Positions 37,273-50,840 of a DNA stretch of 64,000 nt are shown one piece after another. The translations under genes were made by a program, and so were the position numbers. The notes under the pieces were generated by a model. It was not told the origin of the DNA and searched no databases. It saw nothing but the letters and a program-made list of their open reading frames with translations. Location of the stretch: the NCBI GenBank assembly GCA_965287045.1, contig OZ336876.1:4526001-4590000 (forward strand). Direction: 5' to 3'. The stretch is from Carcharhinus amblyrhynchos (Eukaryota). The stretch's first letter is position 1, and every line of letters starts with the position of its first letter.

Positions 37273-38989
37273 CTCAATTCCTGACATTTGTACAGAATGA
37301 ATCCCAGTTGCTGGAGTCCTTCATACTGAACGCAGCATTTATGTAGATCGAGATGTTTTATTGTATCACAGAGTCTAATGACATGAGCAAGATTAGACAT
37401 GAGCAAGATTAGACATAGTCAATTGGGGTCAGTCGCAATCTACTAAATCAAAATATTTCCATAGATCCCACAGTGTTCGAGCCAGTGCTTACTTATTCTG
37501 AGACTCAAACAGGGAGTGGAATGTTCCTTTTCTCAGTTTCACACTGTATTTCCAATCTGCCTTTCAACTTTCTCTTTCACCCAATCCTCAACAGGTTATT
37601 TGATGAAGAAATGGACCCAGAAGCTCCTCTAGAGGCCAAGTTGACTGCGAGGAGGAGAGACCAGCAACAAAACAGAGAAATACCTCAAATCGCACATCTT
37701 CCTCGCTGTGGGTTTCACTGAGGAGTTTCTGGATGTCCTCTGGATTTGGAGTCAGGAATTGAGAGAGTGCAGCTACAAATTCTTGGATGGCGAGGTGTGG
37801 GAATGTGTAAATCACACCCTGGGCAGAATGATCGGTCTCCAAAAGTTCCATCAGGAACCCAGACAGGAATTGGGAAGGTTGCAGATCGAACATGATCAAA
37901 TCTTCATTGTTAAACACAATCCTCTTCTCAGACACTCCTGTGAAGGCCATCTCACCAAGCTTCAATAACACGTCACATGGGTTTTTAATGCCTCAGCCAT
38001 GGCTTTTCAAAATACTGTAAATATGGTAGAAATATAGTTGGTTGATAGTCTTGTGAACTTGCTGCTGTTTCTTGTCTCTGTGTGAAGAAGGGACTGAGTA
38101 ACACGCCGAGGATCCAGCTGTAGGAAGGGTTGTAACACATGTTGTAACACATGTTGTACAGGATCTTGTTTTCCTCCATGTGTTTGAAAACAGCCGCTGC
38201 AACTTTCTGATTTTCAAAAAAACTTGAAATATTCCTTCCGTTCATTACCAACAAATCCCAGGATTTCAGCCCAGACACTGATGTCAGCCTTTTCCAAAAC
38301 ATGTGATACAGTGGGGTGGCTGGTCACTAGCATTGAACATCCTGGGAGCAGCTTATGCTGCATTGACCTGTACACAATGTCAGATACATCACACCAGGGA
38401 CCTGTACACATGAACTTAAGTTCTGTATTGCTCTGATTGTCAGGAAAATCAATGCTGTCCTTGAATTCATCCAAACCTTCAAAGAAAAACAACAATCCCT
38501 CTGAATTCTTCCAGAGTTCTCTCAGAACATTCCCAGGGTGAGGATACTGACCCACTAGCTAATTCCTCAGGTTTATTCTGCAGTGTTCACATCCTGGAAT
38601 TTAAAACAGAAAACAAATTGAAAGTGTGGGTATAATTTTTCAGTCGCCCAATCTGTATTATTGTTTTTTTTTCCAATTCTTGGGACTCCGTTCACTGCTG
38701 CTGAACCCCCAGATTTGGGTTTTCCCTCGGAAAAGCTGACTTGGAAAAATTGATTAGTTCAGATATTATTTTTATCCACAGTTCTCTCCACAGATGCTTC
38801 ACTCTCTCCACTCTTCATGGTCTCAGCCCTTGCCAGAGCTCATGTTCTACAAGTGTCCAACCTCGAACACCAGACATAACCATCAGTATTGATCAACCAG
38901 CTAGAAAGACTTAACTTTTTCCTTTACTAGGATAGTGTTCACTGTGTTTCAGTTTGTTCCCGTGATGTCTCCTTGTTTCTGATGAACGT
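37273..38989 (-). pseudogene. NLR pseudogene, NACHT/WH/HD2 exon (NLRP3/NLRC3-like)
   Basis: Acceptor TTGAAG|ACG and donor GAG|GTAACT. Mutated Walker A GVPRIGK, Walker B LLFFFEGLDEF, KLLPGCSMLVTSHP, YTFPHLAIQEFVAAL, RFEVFLCFVAGLSS. Many frameshifts. Confidence 0.95.
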
Positions 38990-39409
38990 CTTCAATTAGA
39001 ACAGATAGAAAGAAGTTTGAAACATTAGGGTATATTGTCCTTCAAACTATAGAATACCTATAGAGCAGGAGGAGGCCATTCAGCCCATCAAGTCTGCATT
39101 ATCTCTGAAAGAGCATCTTAGCCAAGCTAACCCTCTCCTTGCTCTGTCCTCGTAACACAGCACATTTTCCACGGCTATTCCACCTAACCTGCACCTTTGT
39201 TTGTATTGATATAAAATTAAATTGCAAATAAAAATTCTCTAATCTCATTTAATGCAGGAGGCATTAAATGAGATTCAAAAGTGATTTCTGCCAACAGTGC
39301 TTTCTAACTTTGGACTTGGCTGATAGATCACATTCACGTAACAGTCTGTCTAAATTGTGCCCAAACACTGATGGACAGCTCAGATTTAAAGAATCATACT
39401 GGACTTAGA

Positions 39410-39575
39410 ACAAAAACAGGAAATGCTGGAAAATCTCAATAGGTCTGACTGCATCTGTGGGGAGTGAATGGCATCAACATTGAGTCTAGATGACCCTTCA
39501 TCAGAATTTTGCCAGAGCATTCTGTTTCCTTGCTCCACAGATGCTGCTGGATCTGGAGACTACTTCCAGCTTTTT
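39410..39575. mobile_element. Penelope-like terminal repeat remnants (two, inverted)
   Basis: aatgctggaaaatctcaataggtctgactgcatctgtgg followed by its inverse ccacagatgctg..ttccagc. Confidence 0.5.
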
Positions 39576-39659
39576 ATTTTGCTATGTCATTACGCAGTCA
39601 ATATAATTAATTGGAAAAATTGTGAGAATCTGCTTGTCAAATGAAAAAGGAGCAAACGT

Positions 39660-40190
39660 AAGGCTTATACTCACTGGAGCTTAGAAGGATGGGAGGAGAT
39701 CTAATTGAGGTGTAAAAAGAATTAAAAAGGGATTGGTAAAGTAAATGTAGACCAAACGTTTTCTCTTAAGGGGAAATCCTGAACAAGTGATCATAGGAAT
39801 AGGTTGAGAGGCAGTAAATTTAAAATTGAGATGAGGAGGAAATATTTCCTGTAGAAGGTGGTGAATTTTTAGAACTCGCTGCCCCATAGCATGCTGGAAT
39901 CTGAATCGTTGAATGGTGTCAAGAAGGAGATGGATTGATTTTTAATTTTAAAAAAAATCCAGAGAACAGGTGGGGAGATGGATTTGAGACCAGGGAGAGA
40001 TCAGCAATGATCTGATTGAATGGCAGAACAGGCTCAAGAGGCTTAACTTGCCTACTTCTGCTCCTAATTCCTATGTAAAGTAAATGTAGAGCAAACGTTT
40101 CCGTTTAAAGAAGCAATCTTAAACAAGAGGTCACAGGTATAGCCTGAGAGATGGTAGATTTAAAACTGAGATGAGGAGGAACTACTTCTC
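39660..40190 (+). mobile_element. CR1 3' end plus a partial second copy
   Basis: cttatactcactggag..ggagatctaattgagg; gtaaatgtaga.caaacgttt repeated at 39741 and 40080. Confidence 0.75.
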
Positions 40191-41634
40191 ACAGTTAGGT
40201 GAATTGGCCATGAAAAATTGCCCCTTTGTGTTCAAAAATGTGTAGGTTAGGGGGATTATGACCTTCCAGGAATAGAGCCTGGATAAGGCACGCTTTTGGA
40301 GAGTCAGAGCAGACTTGATGGACTGAATGGCTTCCTTCTGTACCACAGGGTTTCATTGCATCTATATGGCATAGGGATCAGTGAGGACAGAGATCTGGTA
40401 AATGGAATCTAATGCGAGAAAATGTGAAATTAATACATTTTGGCAGGCAGAATGAAAAAAAACCTAAATGGTGGGAATTTGCCAAGCTCTGAGAATCAGA
40501 GTGATCTGGCTGTTGTACTGCATGAAGACATTAAAACTCAGCTAATGAAAGCAAAGCTTGAAAGTTTGCAATGTTTATGAATATTTTGAACTCCTTATTT
40601 AAGTCTAGTATCTGTTGAACATGTGGGTTTCAACGATTATACTTTCTTCTTGATGGTGAATACTATCCCATCTGTTTAATGCTGTGGTTATCTCTTTACA
40701 ATTCTATTCGATTGATATCCATAAGATTTACATGTTTTTTTAATGGAAACATGATAAATTATATGAACTGTCTTGGTATTGATCTGATCATTTGAGATCA
40801 CATGACCTCAGCTTAATGATCAGCAAGATCTGAGCTGATACCAATTGTTTACTTGTAGTAATTACTGCTGAAAAAAAGTTGTTTCCTTGCTCTGAACCCT
40901 GCTGACTTGCTATAATATGCTTGACTTGAAACCAGTCTTGTTTGAATGTGTATTTGGGTTAGGTGGGTGTACTCAGAAAACTAAGGAGGAACATCACACC
41001 TCTCTCTCTTCCTGGGATTCAGTGCTGATATGCACCTTTAACCAGAGATTCATCATCTCAATTCAGCTTTCCTGCAGAGAAGTTGTGCTGAAAAAGAGAG
41101 TTCAAGAACTGGAACAAACTTCCAGACAACTGCTGACCAATGAGCTGTCATCACATACAGGACCACCACAGTCAAAACTCTTCCAACTTCTATCTTCTCC
41201 ATAATGTGTTTCCATTGGGAAAAGGACATTTTCCCTTCGTCAAAACAAGTGACACAACAAAGAGGCTCTTTGCAGCAGTTGGCTTGTATCTGTATGTTAG
41301 TGCTTGTTGGGATTTGAAAGGGATACAGTTACAGTTTTTGATTATTTTCATAATAAATCAATGATGTTATGTTTATTGAAAGAAGCCTTGTTTAGGTCTC
41401 TTTCATTCTGGATCAAACAATAGCAAAAATAAACAACTGGTCACAGTGATTTAAGCTTTCACACTAATGTTCCAGACTCATGGAGTACTAACAACTCAAA
41501 CAAAATCTTGGTAATAATGAAGTAGATGTTATAGTAGATCATTATGAGAAGACATTACTGATGTGCATCTTTTGTAGAAATGGGCAACATAGCATTGAAT
41601 ATCAATTAGAGAGAGACAGATATCAATGCAGGAC

Positions 41635-41830
41635 AAAATTTGATTTGACACATGTATTGGCATACAATGAAAAGTATGGCTTCATGCATATTATACAGAC
41701 AAAGCATACTGTGAGAGTGCACAATGTAATGTTATGGTCATAGAGAAAGATCAAGTTAATGCGAAGTAGGTCCATTAAAAGTCTGGTGGCAGCAGGGAAG
41801 CAGCTGTTCTTGAATCGGTTGGTACAGGAT
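41635..41830 (-). mobile_element. Rex1/Babar LINE 3' tail
   Basis: Reverse complement matches 62095-62315. Confidence 0.7.
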
Positions 41831-43189
41831 CAGCAATCCCACTGTTATTACACAAAGCATTGGGCAGTTGATCATGGATATTGTGTACAGTGGGGGAAGA
41901 AACAATTACAAGTAGACAAGAATCCCACTGTCTCCTTCAGACTGTGGGTAGGTTATTCAGGACACCAGACAGCATCAGGTAGATTGGGCATGGGAAGAAA
42001 TTCCAGTCAGCATCTTCTTTGCCCATTAACCAAGCTTCCCATTCCATACTGTCACCAATACAAAGACCACAAATTACCAACATTATGAAAACACCAATTT
42101 CATTCCTGCCTCATTGAATTTGCTTGTGGATGATTCATCAAGAGCATAATTAACTCCAAACTCGAGTATTCCAACGATCTTCCAGCGAGCAGCCCACAAT
42201 GTGTAAGCCTGAGCTCATTCAAATCTGTTTTGGAACTCTCATTCACTCAAACTCTTGTGTTCAAAAACCTAGATCTGTTCCTAGTCCAGCAACGTATCAA
42301 TTAACACTCTAATCTGTGTAACAATATTCTCTATAACACTGTCATTTATTTCTATAACCTTCTGCATGCTTAGTCCAGCCAAAATCTTTGTGTTACGTCG
42401 ATTTTGGCCTATTCCCACTGCCAGCTTTCCACAGTCCATCATTGACAACTATGCCTTTAGCTGTCTGGACCTGAAGATCTGACCTTTTTTCCCTTTAACT
42501 CCCAGAGATCTTTACAAAAGTTTTATTGTCATTATACCACGTCAAAGGGAGTTATCTGGTGTCTGTATCCACTAGGAGAAAAGACAACTGTGGAAACACA
42601 GGGATTAAATATCTGGTTTCAGGATTTGGACAGGTTATCTTGGGTATTGCATGCACTTAGCGAGAGACAGACTGAAAATACATAGGAGTTAAATTGCTGC
42701 TGTTTCAGGAGTTAGACAATTCAGGATATTATCTGCACTTCTATAGTCAGCTGATGAGAGGTTAAGATTATTGTCATTCTAAAGATACAGAATAGCTATG
42801 AATGATGATTAAGGAACAAAAATAAATTAGTGCAAATGCTGGGAATCTGAAACAAAAACAGAAAAAAAAACAAAGTACTCAAATCAGGCAGCATCTATTG
42901 ACAAAGAAACAGAGTTAATGCTTAAGGTCGAATGCCTTTCATTAATTGGAAAAAAATGTTAGGGATGTGAGGGACATTCAACCAGAACAGTGAAAGAAAA
43001 GAAGTGTCAAAAATAGCAAAGTGTTGTGACAGGGTGAGAGCCAGCAACAATTAAATGAAAAAAAAAAGGAAAATGAGACGGTAATGGAACAAGTGAAAAG
43101 TAATAACGAGTCAAGAGGATGTGTGCAACAATCGCAACATCACCACCAACAATCCAGAGAAAATGGGAACAGAAATTATGATCTGAATG

Positions 43190-43555
43190 TGTGCTGAATG
43201 GGATTGATAAAATAAACGTTAACCAAATGTTCCTTTCTCTAGAGCAGTCTAGGACAAGAAGTCATAACTGTAGAGTGAGAGGGGCGAGGTTCAAGACAGA
43301 CAGGGAGAAGCTACTTCTCTCAGACGGTTGGGAATCTATGGAAATCAGTGCTGAGTGCGATAGATGCAGAAGCAATCAATGGAGTCAAGAGATAGATAAA
43401 TATTTGATGAAAAGCAGAATAAAGGGCTATGGAGAAAAGGCAGGAATTTGGAGATAGGGTGAGATGGAGATCAACCATGATCATACCGAATAGCGAAGCG
43501 GGCTCAAAAGGCTGAACTGCCTACTCTCGCTCCTAATTCCAATGTTCCTATGAAC
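43190..43555 (+). mobile_element. CR1 3' end
   Basis: LNGIDKINVNQMF..SRTRSH..IKGYGEKAGIW. Confidence 0.8.
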
Positions 43556-45322
43556 TGATTGAAAGGCTTTCCTGACTTAACAAAAAAACAAGGCACTGTA
43601 GTTTGATATTAAATTGAGCTTCAGTGGAATTGTGAGTACAAAAACAAATGCTGGAATGAGATAGAAAATTAAAACAACAGGAGACTGGAAGTTCAGGGCC
43701 ATGCTTGTTGATTGAATGGAGGAGTCCCACATCCAGATATTGTTCAATCTTCCTAGTGAGTTGTGAATAGAGTTACTTAATTGGGGAAAAAAGATAAAGA
43801 ATTTCACCTGGGAGGAGTGCTAATGGTGCTGGATGGTTAGACAGGACTCAATGAAAGGGTCAATGTTGAAACTGCTGTGCTTGTCTGGGAGATGCTGTGG
43901 AAAGGTAAGGAGATGTTGGGTCTGGCTGATGAGGAGCAAGAAGAAATTAGATAACAGCTAGGGAAGAGCAAGAAGTAGTTAGAAGTTCTTGGGGCTAAAG
44001 GAATTAAGGGATATGGAGGAAGGAGGGGACCTTGATATTGAATTTGATGGTCAGCCGTGATTAATGTGAATGGTGCAGCGGGCTCGAAGGGCCAAATGGC
44101 CTCTTCCTGCTTGTAGTTTCTATGAATGGACAAGGATGAATGCTGAGTTGAAAGTGTCCCTACAGCTTGCATTTAACTTCTTTGGGACAACATAGCTGGC
44201 AAAGGACAGAATGGTAAGAGTTGTGAAATTATAAATTTTGTAGTTAAAGCTAATCTTCCTTGTTGAAATGGAGACAAGAAGCCATAAAATTGGCTGCTGA
44301 AATTCCCTTGCAATGTGATCACACTTCCAAACATTTCTAGGTAAATTGCACGCAGACATATGTGAAAAGATGTGAAAAGTCTTGTGAAATTTCCTTGGTC
44401 TTCAAGGAGACAATGAACTTCCTTGAAAGGATCTGGTCCTTTTGGAGCATTGCAGCTGTTTAAGGGATTTTCTAAATGTAATTGCTACTTGTCTTATTTC
44501 TGAAATGCCCAAACTATTCAGTTCAAAGACTATTAGGGATGAGCACTAAATGTTGGGTCAGCCAGCGATGCTCACATCCACTGAAGGAAGAAAAAAGAAA
44601 ATTAGGCATTTTGCCCAGATCACATGAAAGCAGCCACTTCTAAGTTTCTTGACAGTATAATGGCAGGCTGCTGATTTGCATTTTGGTGTTAAGAACCATC
44701 ATGATCATGAAAGAGACATCTCAAAACAGAAACTACATATCAACAGGCAGTACCTGATGAAGGTTGCCAGAAACTATTACAATGCTGTACTAAAACCAAT
44801 CTACTTAGAGACACCACCTGCAGTACTGAAAAGAAAGTACAAAGCTGGAACCTGTACTCAGATTCCATCATAGCCACAAAGCAAGTTTCAACTTCTTGTC
44901 CTCAGATAGAACTCAAGCAACAGCCCTTCACCAGTGGCCCATAATCTTTGTGAAATGGCAGAGTCAGATTGCCACTCTACTCCTAATCACTTATACTAAA
45001 ATGAAGTTGCTTCTTTCTCAACCAATTTTCTAACACATGCAGTGTGAGAAAGCTTTCTATGGGCTGCTGAATAATAGGTAAGGAGGAGACACCTATTGTT
45101 TACAACACAAAATGTGGTCATACAGGTATGTTTCAAGATCCTGCCACTTTCAGATTCCAGGGAGAAGTACGTTCGGTAAGGAGGTAATATTTGGGTTTGG
45201 GGAGAGGGGGTGTTGGAGGAGAAGGGTTGATAGGTGCTCTGTGGGAACTGGGACGAAATCAGGTTGTCAGTGAGGCAGAATTAATAATTCCTTTTGAATG
45301 CTAAAAGGGGATGTGCATTATC

Positions 45323-46577
45323 ATAAGAACATAAGAAATAGGAGCAGGAGTAGGCCATCTAGCCCTTCGAGCCTGCTCCGCCATTCAATAAGATCATGGC
45401 TGATCTGTTGTGGCTCAGTTCCACTTTCCCGCCCTCTCCCCATAACCCTTAATCCCCTCTCTTATCAAGAACCCATCAACCCGCTTCTTAAAAATATTTA
45501 GCGAGGCAGCCTCCACCACTTCAACGGGCAGAGAATTCCAGAGATTCACCACCCTTTGAGTGAAGAAGTTCCTCCTCAACTCCGTTCTAAACCGCCTCCC
45601 CTTTATCTTGAGGCTGTGCCCCCTAGTCCTACTGCCTTTTTTGAGCGGGAAGAGTCTCTCCACCTCTATCCTATCCATCCCATTCATCATCTTATACGTC
45701 TCAATGAGATCTCCCCTCATTCTTCTAAACTCTAACGAGTACAAGCCTAGTTTATTCAGCCTCTCCTCATAGCTCAATCCCCTCAACTCCGGTATCAGCC
45801 TAGTAAACCTCCTCTGCACTCCCTCCAGGGCCAAAATATCCTTGCGCAGGTGCAGCGCCCAAAACTGCACACAGTACTCCGGCTGCGGCCTCACCAATGC
45901 CCTATACAGCTGCAGCAAGACCTCCCTACTTTTATATTCAATCCCCCTCGCTATGAAGGCCAGCATCCCATTCGCCTTCCTGACCACCTGCTGCACCTGC
46001 AAGCTGGGTTTTTGCGACTCATGCACAAGGACCCCGAGGTCCCTCTGCACCGTCGCCTGCTGCAGTTTTTCGCCACGTAAGTAATAGTCCTTCCTACCAT
46101 TCTTCCTACCAAAGTGGACCACCTCACACTTGCCAACATTAAATTCCATTTGCCATTTCCTGGCCCATTCGCCCAGCCTATCTAGATCCTTCTGCAGACT
46201 CTCCACACCCTCCGCACAATTTGCCTTTCCCCCAATCTTGGTGTCATCAGCAAATTTCGACACCCTGCACTCGGTTCCCTCCTCCAGATCATCTATATAA
46301 ATGGTAAATAGCTGAGGCCCCAGCACCGACCCCTGGGGCACCCCACTAGTCACCATCCGCCAATCCGAATAGCACCCATTGACCCCCACTCTCTGCCTCC
46401 TATTAGACAGCCAATCCTCTATCCACGCTAACACCCTACCCCCAACTCCATGTCCCCTGACCTTCTGCAATAACCTCTTGTGAGGTACCTTGTCAAACGC
46501 CTTCTGAAAATCCAGAAAGACCACATCCACCGGCTCTCCTCTATCCACTGCCCTAGACACATCCTCATAGAACTCCA
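45323..46577 (-). mobile_element. CR1 LINE, young subfamily, 5'-truncated, uninterrupted 387-codon RT frame
   Basis: ORF 45415-46578 ([27 protein letters not shown]) open to the native stop; ttcttatgttcttat tail. Confidence 0.96.
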
Positions 46578-46844
46578 CACTGAAAGTATGACCAAGAATG
46601 ACCGAGAATAAATATGGAGGCTATGGGATGACAAGCAGCTACCTAGCGTGGTTCTGGCAGGGAGGGAAAAGTGACAGCAGAATAATGTGGAATAGTTTAT
46701 AATTCCACAAGCAGACTCAATTCCCAAAATAAGCAAGAATGCATGAAGTTGACAGAAACGAGAGTGAGCAGGGAAAATGTGTCCATGCATAACGCAATAG
46801 AAGGTGGAGAAGCATTTAGCAGGGAAAGATAGGAGCAGTGCAGG

Positions 46845-48842
46845 CAGTGCCGGATTTAGGCAAAAGCTAAACAAGCTACCACTTAGGGCCTCACTAAATT
46901 TCACAATGAAATAATGAAGAGACCATTTGACAGTGGGTACCAGAAAAGAAAAAGAAAGCACCAGCTTGAAGAGCAACTCAAAAGAATTATCTAAACTTGA
47001 TAGTTACTTTACTGCAGAAACAGATAAGGCTCCGCACATCCAAGGTGATCAGCAAAGTCCAAACAACCACAGCCTAGTGCCTCTGTTACTGAGACAGAGT
47101 CAGGAATCTCAGCTGAGGAAAACAGTGGAAGTGATGCAAATGTGAGTGCTGCAGAGCCGACATGCACAGTTGAAACAACAAAATTCACAAAACTCAATGA
47201 TGTAGATCAATGGGGTGTCATAACCGAGGCTGAACTCTGATACTGGATCCTTAAGGGTCCTTCAGAGTGTCAACACTGGAAAGGCCCATTTGAAAACTCA
47301 AAGTGGTCATTCAAAAATCAGGATAGATATTGTTCAAAAGGTTTTTTTTTTCAGTCCAGAAAAGTTAATGGTGAAATATACGATCGGGAGTGGCTAGTGT
47401 ACTCTCCAACAACTGGCTGTGTTAATTGCTTTGTCTGCAAGGTCTTTTCTACATCAACTGCAGCACTAGCTTCTGGTGGGTATTCTGACTGGTGAAATCC
47501 CATTGCAATTAAAAGTCATGAAAACTCTGAAGCGCATAGAACAGCTTTGCTGACATACTTGACAAGAAAATGTGGTTCAACCTTAGACTCAAGAGTAGCA
47601 GAACAAATAAGAACAAAACCACACTACTGGAGACATGTGCTTGCAAGTGTTGTTGCGGTGATATGCGCATTAGCAGAATGTGGGCTAGCTTTTAGGGGAG
47701 ACAATAAAACTTTTAGATCACCAAATAATGGCAACTACCTTGGCCTATTAGAATTAGTTGCTATGTTTGATCCATTTCTTTCCAACCACACAAAATAATA
47801 TGGAAACAGAGGATCTGGGTCTCCTTCATATTTGTCTAAGACAATGTGATGAACTTATTCAGTTTATGGGTAATAGAATAAGAGCATCAGTTTTGGATGA
47901 TTTGAGAAAAGCTGGCTACTTCAGTTTGTCTGTGGACTGTACACCAGATCTTTCCCACATGGATCAACTAAATGTTACAGTAAGATGTGTCACCTGATGA
48001 CTGTTTACCTATTGAACGCTTTCTAGCTTTCCTGGAGTTGGAAAATCACAGTGGTAAAAGTATGGTGGATATGGTGGTGGACTAAGTAAAGACTGCAACA
48101 TTGATTTCAGTAAGTGCTGAGGGCAGTCATATGATAATGCAGCAAATATGGCTGGTAAATACAAAGGAATGCAGCAAATAATTCTAGAGAAAAACAAGCA
48201 TGCTATGTACATTCCCTGTGCCGGACATTCACTAAATCTTATTGGCCGTGCTGCAGTAGATTGCTGTTTAGATGCAGTTAACTTCTTTGCTGTTGTGCAA
48301 GAAATATACACTTTATTTTCATCTTCTACAAAGAGGTGGGCTGTGTTGTTATCATTCTTGAATGCACACTCCAAAGTATCCAAGTATGTTAAATATCTAT
48401 CTGACACTAGGTGGGGAGCACATGCCAAAGCTGTGTCTGCCATAAATGAGAGTTACAGGTTAACCACCAGTGCTCAAAGTCATCTCCATACTGAGGAGAA
48501 TGAAAAGGGTGATACAAGATGACAAGCTGGTACTCTTCTAGATTTTAAAAATTACATTTAAGTGTTGTTTCCAGGGTGTACTATATTATCATGAGAGATC
48601 AAGCCAGCCAAATGATAAATATGTAATCAGAAAATACATTCACTTGAAAATAACTTGTATTTTTCACTTTAAATACCTTGCTATTAAATAATTAAAAGGC
48701 ATTATTATGTTTTCAATATTTTGTGGTGACCCAAGGTCCTGTTTTGGTACGCACCTTTGAGAAACTTTTTGTTTAACTATTTAACAAGGGGCCTCCAAGC
48801 TTTACATAGCTTAGGGCCTCACCAAGTCTAAAACCGACACTG
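46845..48842 (+). mobile_element. hAT DNA transposon (ZMYM1/Tip100-like transposase), defective
   Basis: 17-bp imperfect TIRs cagtgccggatttaggc / gtctaaaaccgacactg; 8-bp TSD agtgcagg / agcgcagg. Motifs WLVYS, LAFRGD..NNGNYLGLL, YFSLSVDCTPD, GQSYDNAANM.G, YIPCAGHSLNL, DTRW. Confidence 0.93.
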
Positions 48843-49943
48843 AGCGCAGGTAGGGTGTGAAGATAAATGAAGCTACTTATATGGATATAGTGTGCATGAG
48901 CAGAATGATTTATCTCTGTAACAAGGACCGGTTTAGGTAAAGTGGCCTTTTTTGTCCATAAAACTCCCCTGTCACATTAAGGTTCAAAAATCACAAACAG
49001 TTTTGTGTTTAGCAGTTTTATACACAAATATTGATTTTGCTTTTTATGACAATCCTGACATGCTAATGAGTAGAGTTAGAAATCAAGCATCTGCCCATTT
49101 CAATCAGAGTGAAACTATAGCAGAAAATACTCAGATCATTTGAACTGTTCCACCAATAGTGATAGTCAATGATTTATTTTGCCCTAGCTTGCTAAAATGC
49201 TGGCTCAGGGATTCAAACTATATTTCTCTGTTAATCATTACACTGGACAAAAATAATCCTTGAATGATAGATATCAGTTCATTTTTCATGTGGAATAAGT
49301 CTTTCTTTAACTACAATTAGGAAGCTAGCCAATAGCTTCAGAATCTTTCTGATCCATTTTCCTCAAAATTTCTATGGATTCATATTCTATGGTCTATCCA
49401 TCTGTACAATCTCTGAATGGATCAAATACTTTCTAATCTCCCATTCTGAGCAACGTCTTTTTAATATTTCAGTAACATTTGAACGTTCCTCATTTCTCCA
49501 CGTTTCCCAACAATTTACAATGGAAAGATTTTGCCCAAGGAACATTGGCAAGTTTTGACAGTACATCTTGTAGACAATACACTTTGCTGCTACTGTATGT
49601 CAGTGATGGAAGGAGCGAATGTTTGTGGAAGGGGTGCCAATCATGGGGAATTCTTTGTACTTTACAGTATTAAGTCTTTTGACAGCTGTCAGAACAGGAC
49701 AAATCTAAGCAAGTGAAAAGCATTTCATCAAACTCCTAACCTGTGCTCCTCTGTCATGTTGATGTTTAGAATGAGGTTGGGGTCGTGGACAGGCTTTGTG
49801 GTGTTCGGAGATGATTTACAATCTGAAGGATTCCTAGCCTCTTGTAGGCACAGTGTTCATACGGTTAGCTTAGTTCTGTTTCTGGTCAAGAGTAAAGTCA
49901 AGGATGTTGATAGTGGCAAATTCAGTGATGGTTGTGCTAATTG

Positions 49944-50228
49944 GTGGCACAATCGTTAGCATTGCTGCCTCACAGCGCTAATGACCCAGGTTCAGCCTTG
50001 GGTGAAAGTCTGTGTGGAGTTTGCATGTTCTCCCTGCATCTGTGTGGGTGTCCACCAAGTGCTCTGGTTTCCTCCCACAGCCCAAAAATGTGCAGGTTAG
50101 GTTGATTGGCCATGCTGAATTGCCCCTTAGTGTCCTAGGATGTGAAGGTTAGGGGGATTAGTAGGGTAAACGTGAGGGGCAAACTTGATGGGCCGAATGG
50201 CTTCCTTCTGCACTATGTAGATTCTATG
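49944..50228 (+). mobile_element. V-SINE (tail A)
   Basis: ggtggcaca..ttagcattgctgcctcacagcg; tgtgtggagtttgcatgttctccc; gggccgaatggc..ttctgcact. Confidence 0.9.
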
Positions 50229-50391
50229 AATGTCAAGGGTAGATTTTTAGGTTATTTCTTGTTGGAGTCGGTAATTGCCTAACAATTGTATGGCACAAAT
50301 GTTACTTGGCATGTGTCAGCCTGAGCTGGATATTGTCCAGGTCTTGCTGAGTTTGGACATAGGCAGCTTCAATGTCACCAGTGTCATGAAC

Positions 50392-50840
50392 AGGAATATA
50401 GAAACTAGGAGTAGGAGTTGCAGGCCTTTTGAACATACTCCAACATTCATTGCCATCATGGCTGATCATCCAACTCAATAAACAACCAGATCCCACATCC
50501 CCCCCATATCCATTGTTCCCATTATTGTCAAAAGCTATATTTACCTCCTTTCTGAAAACATTTCATTGTTGTGACCTCAAGTGCTTTCTGTGGTAGATAG
50601 TTTCAGAGACTCTCCATTCTCTGAATGAAGAAATTCCTCCTCACCTCAGTCCAAAAATGTTTACTCTTTTTGTTTAGACTATCCCTGGTTCTGGGCTCCT
50701 CTACCATCAGGAACATACTTCCTGCATTTACCTGTGTAGTCTTGTTAGAATTTTATAGGTTTCTGAAAGATCCTCCCTCATTCTTCGGTACTTGAGGGAA
50801 TATAATTGTATCAAACTCAACCTTTCTTCACATCAGCCCC
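50392..50840 (-). mobile_element. CR1 3' fragment
   Basis: tagaaactaggagtaggag tail; tcctccctcattctt. Confidence 0.7.

Noticed and set aside
40917-44470. Unassigned ORFs at 40917, 41759 and 44120 as further exons
   Set aside because: No recognisable motifs or consistent splice phases; partly overlap repeats.
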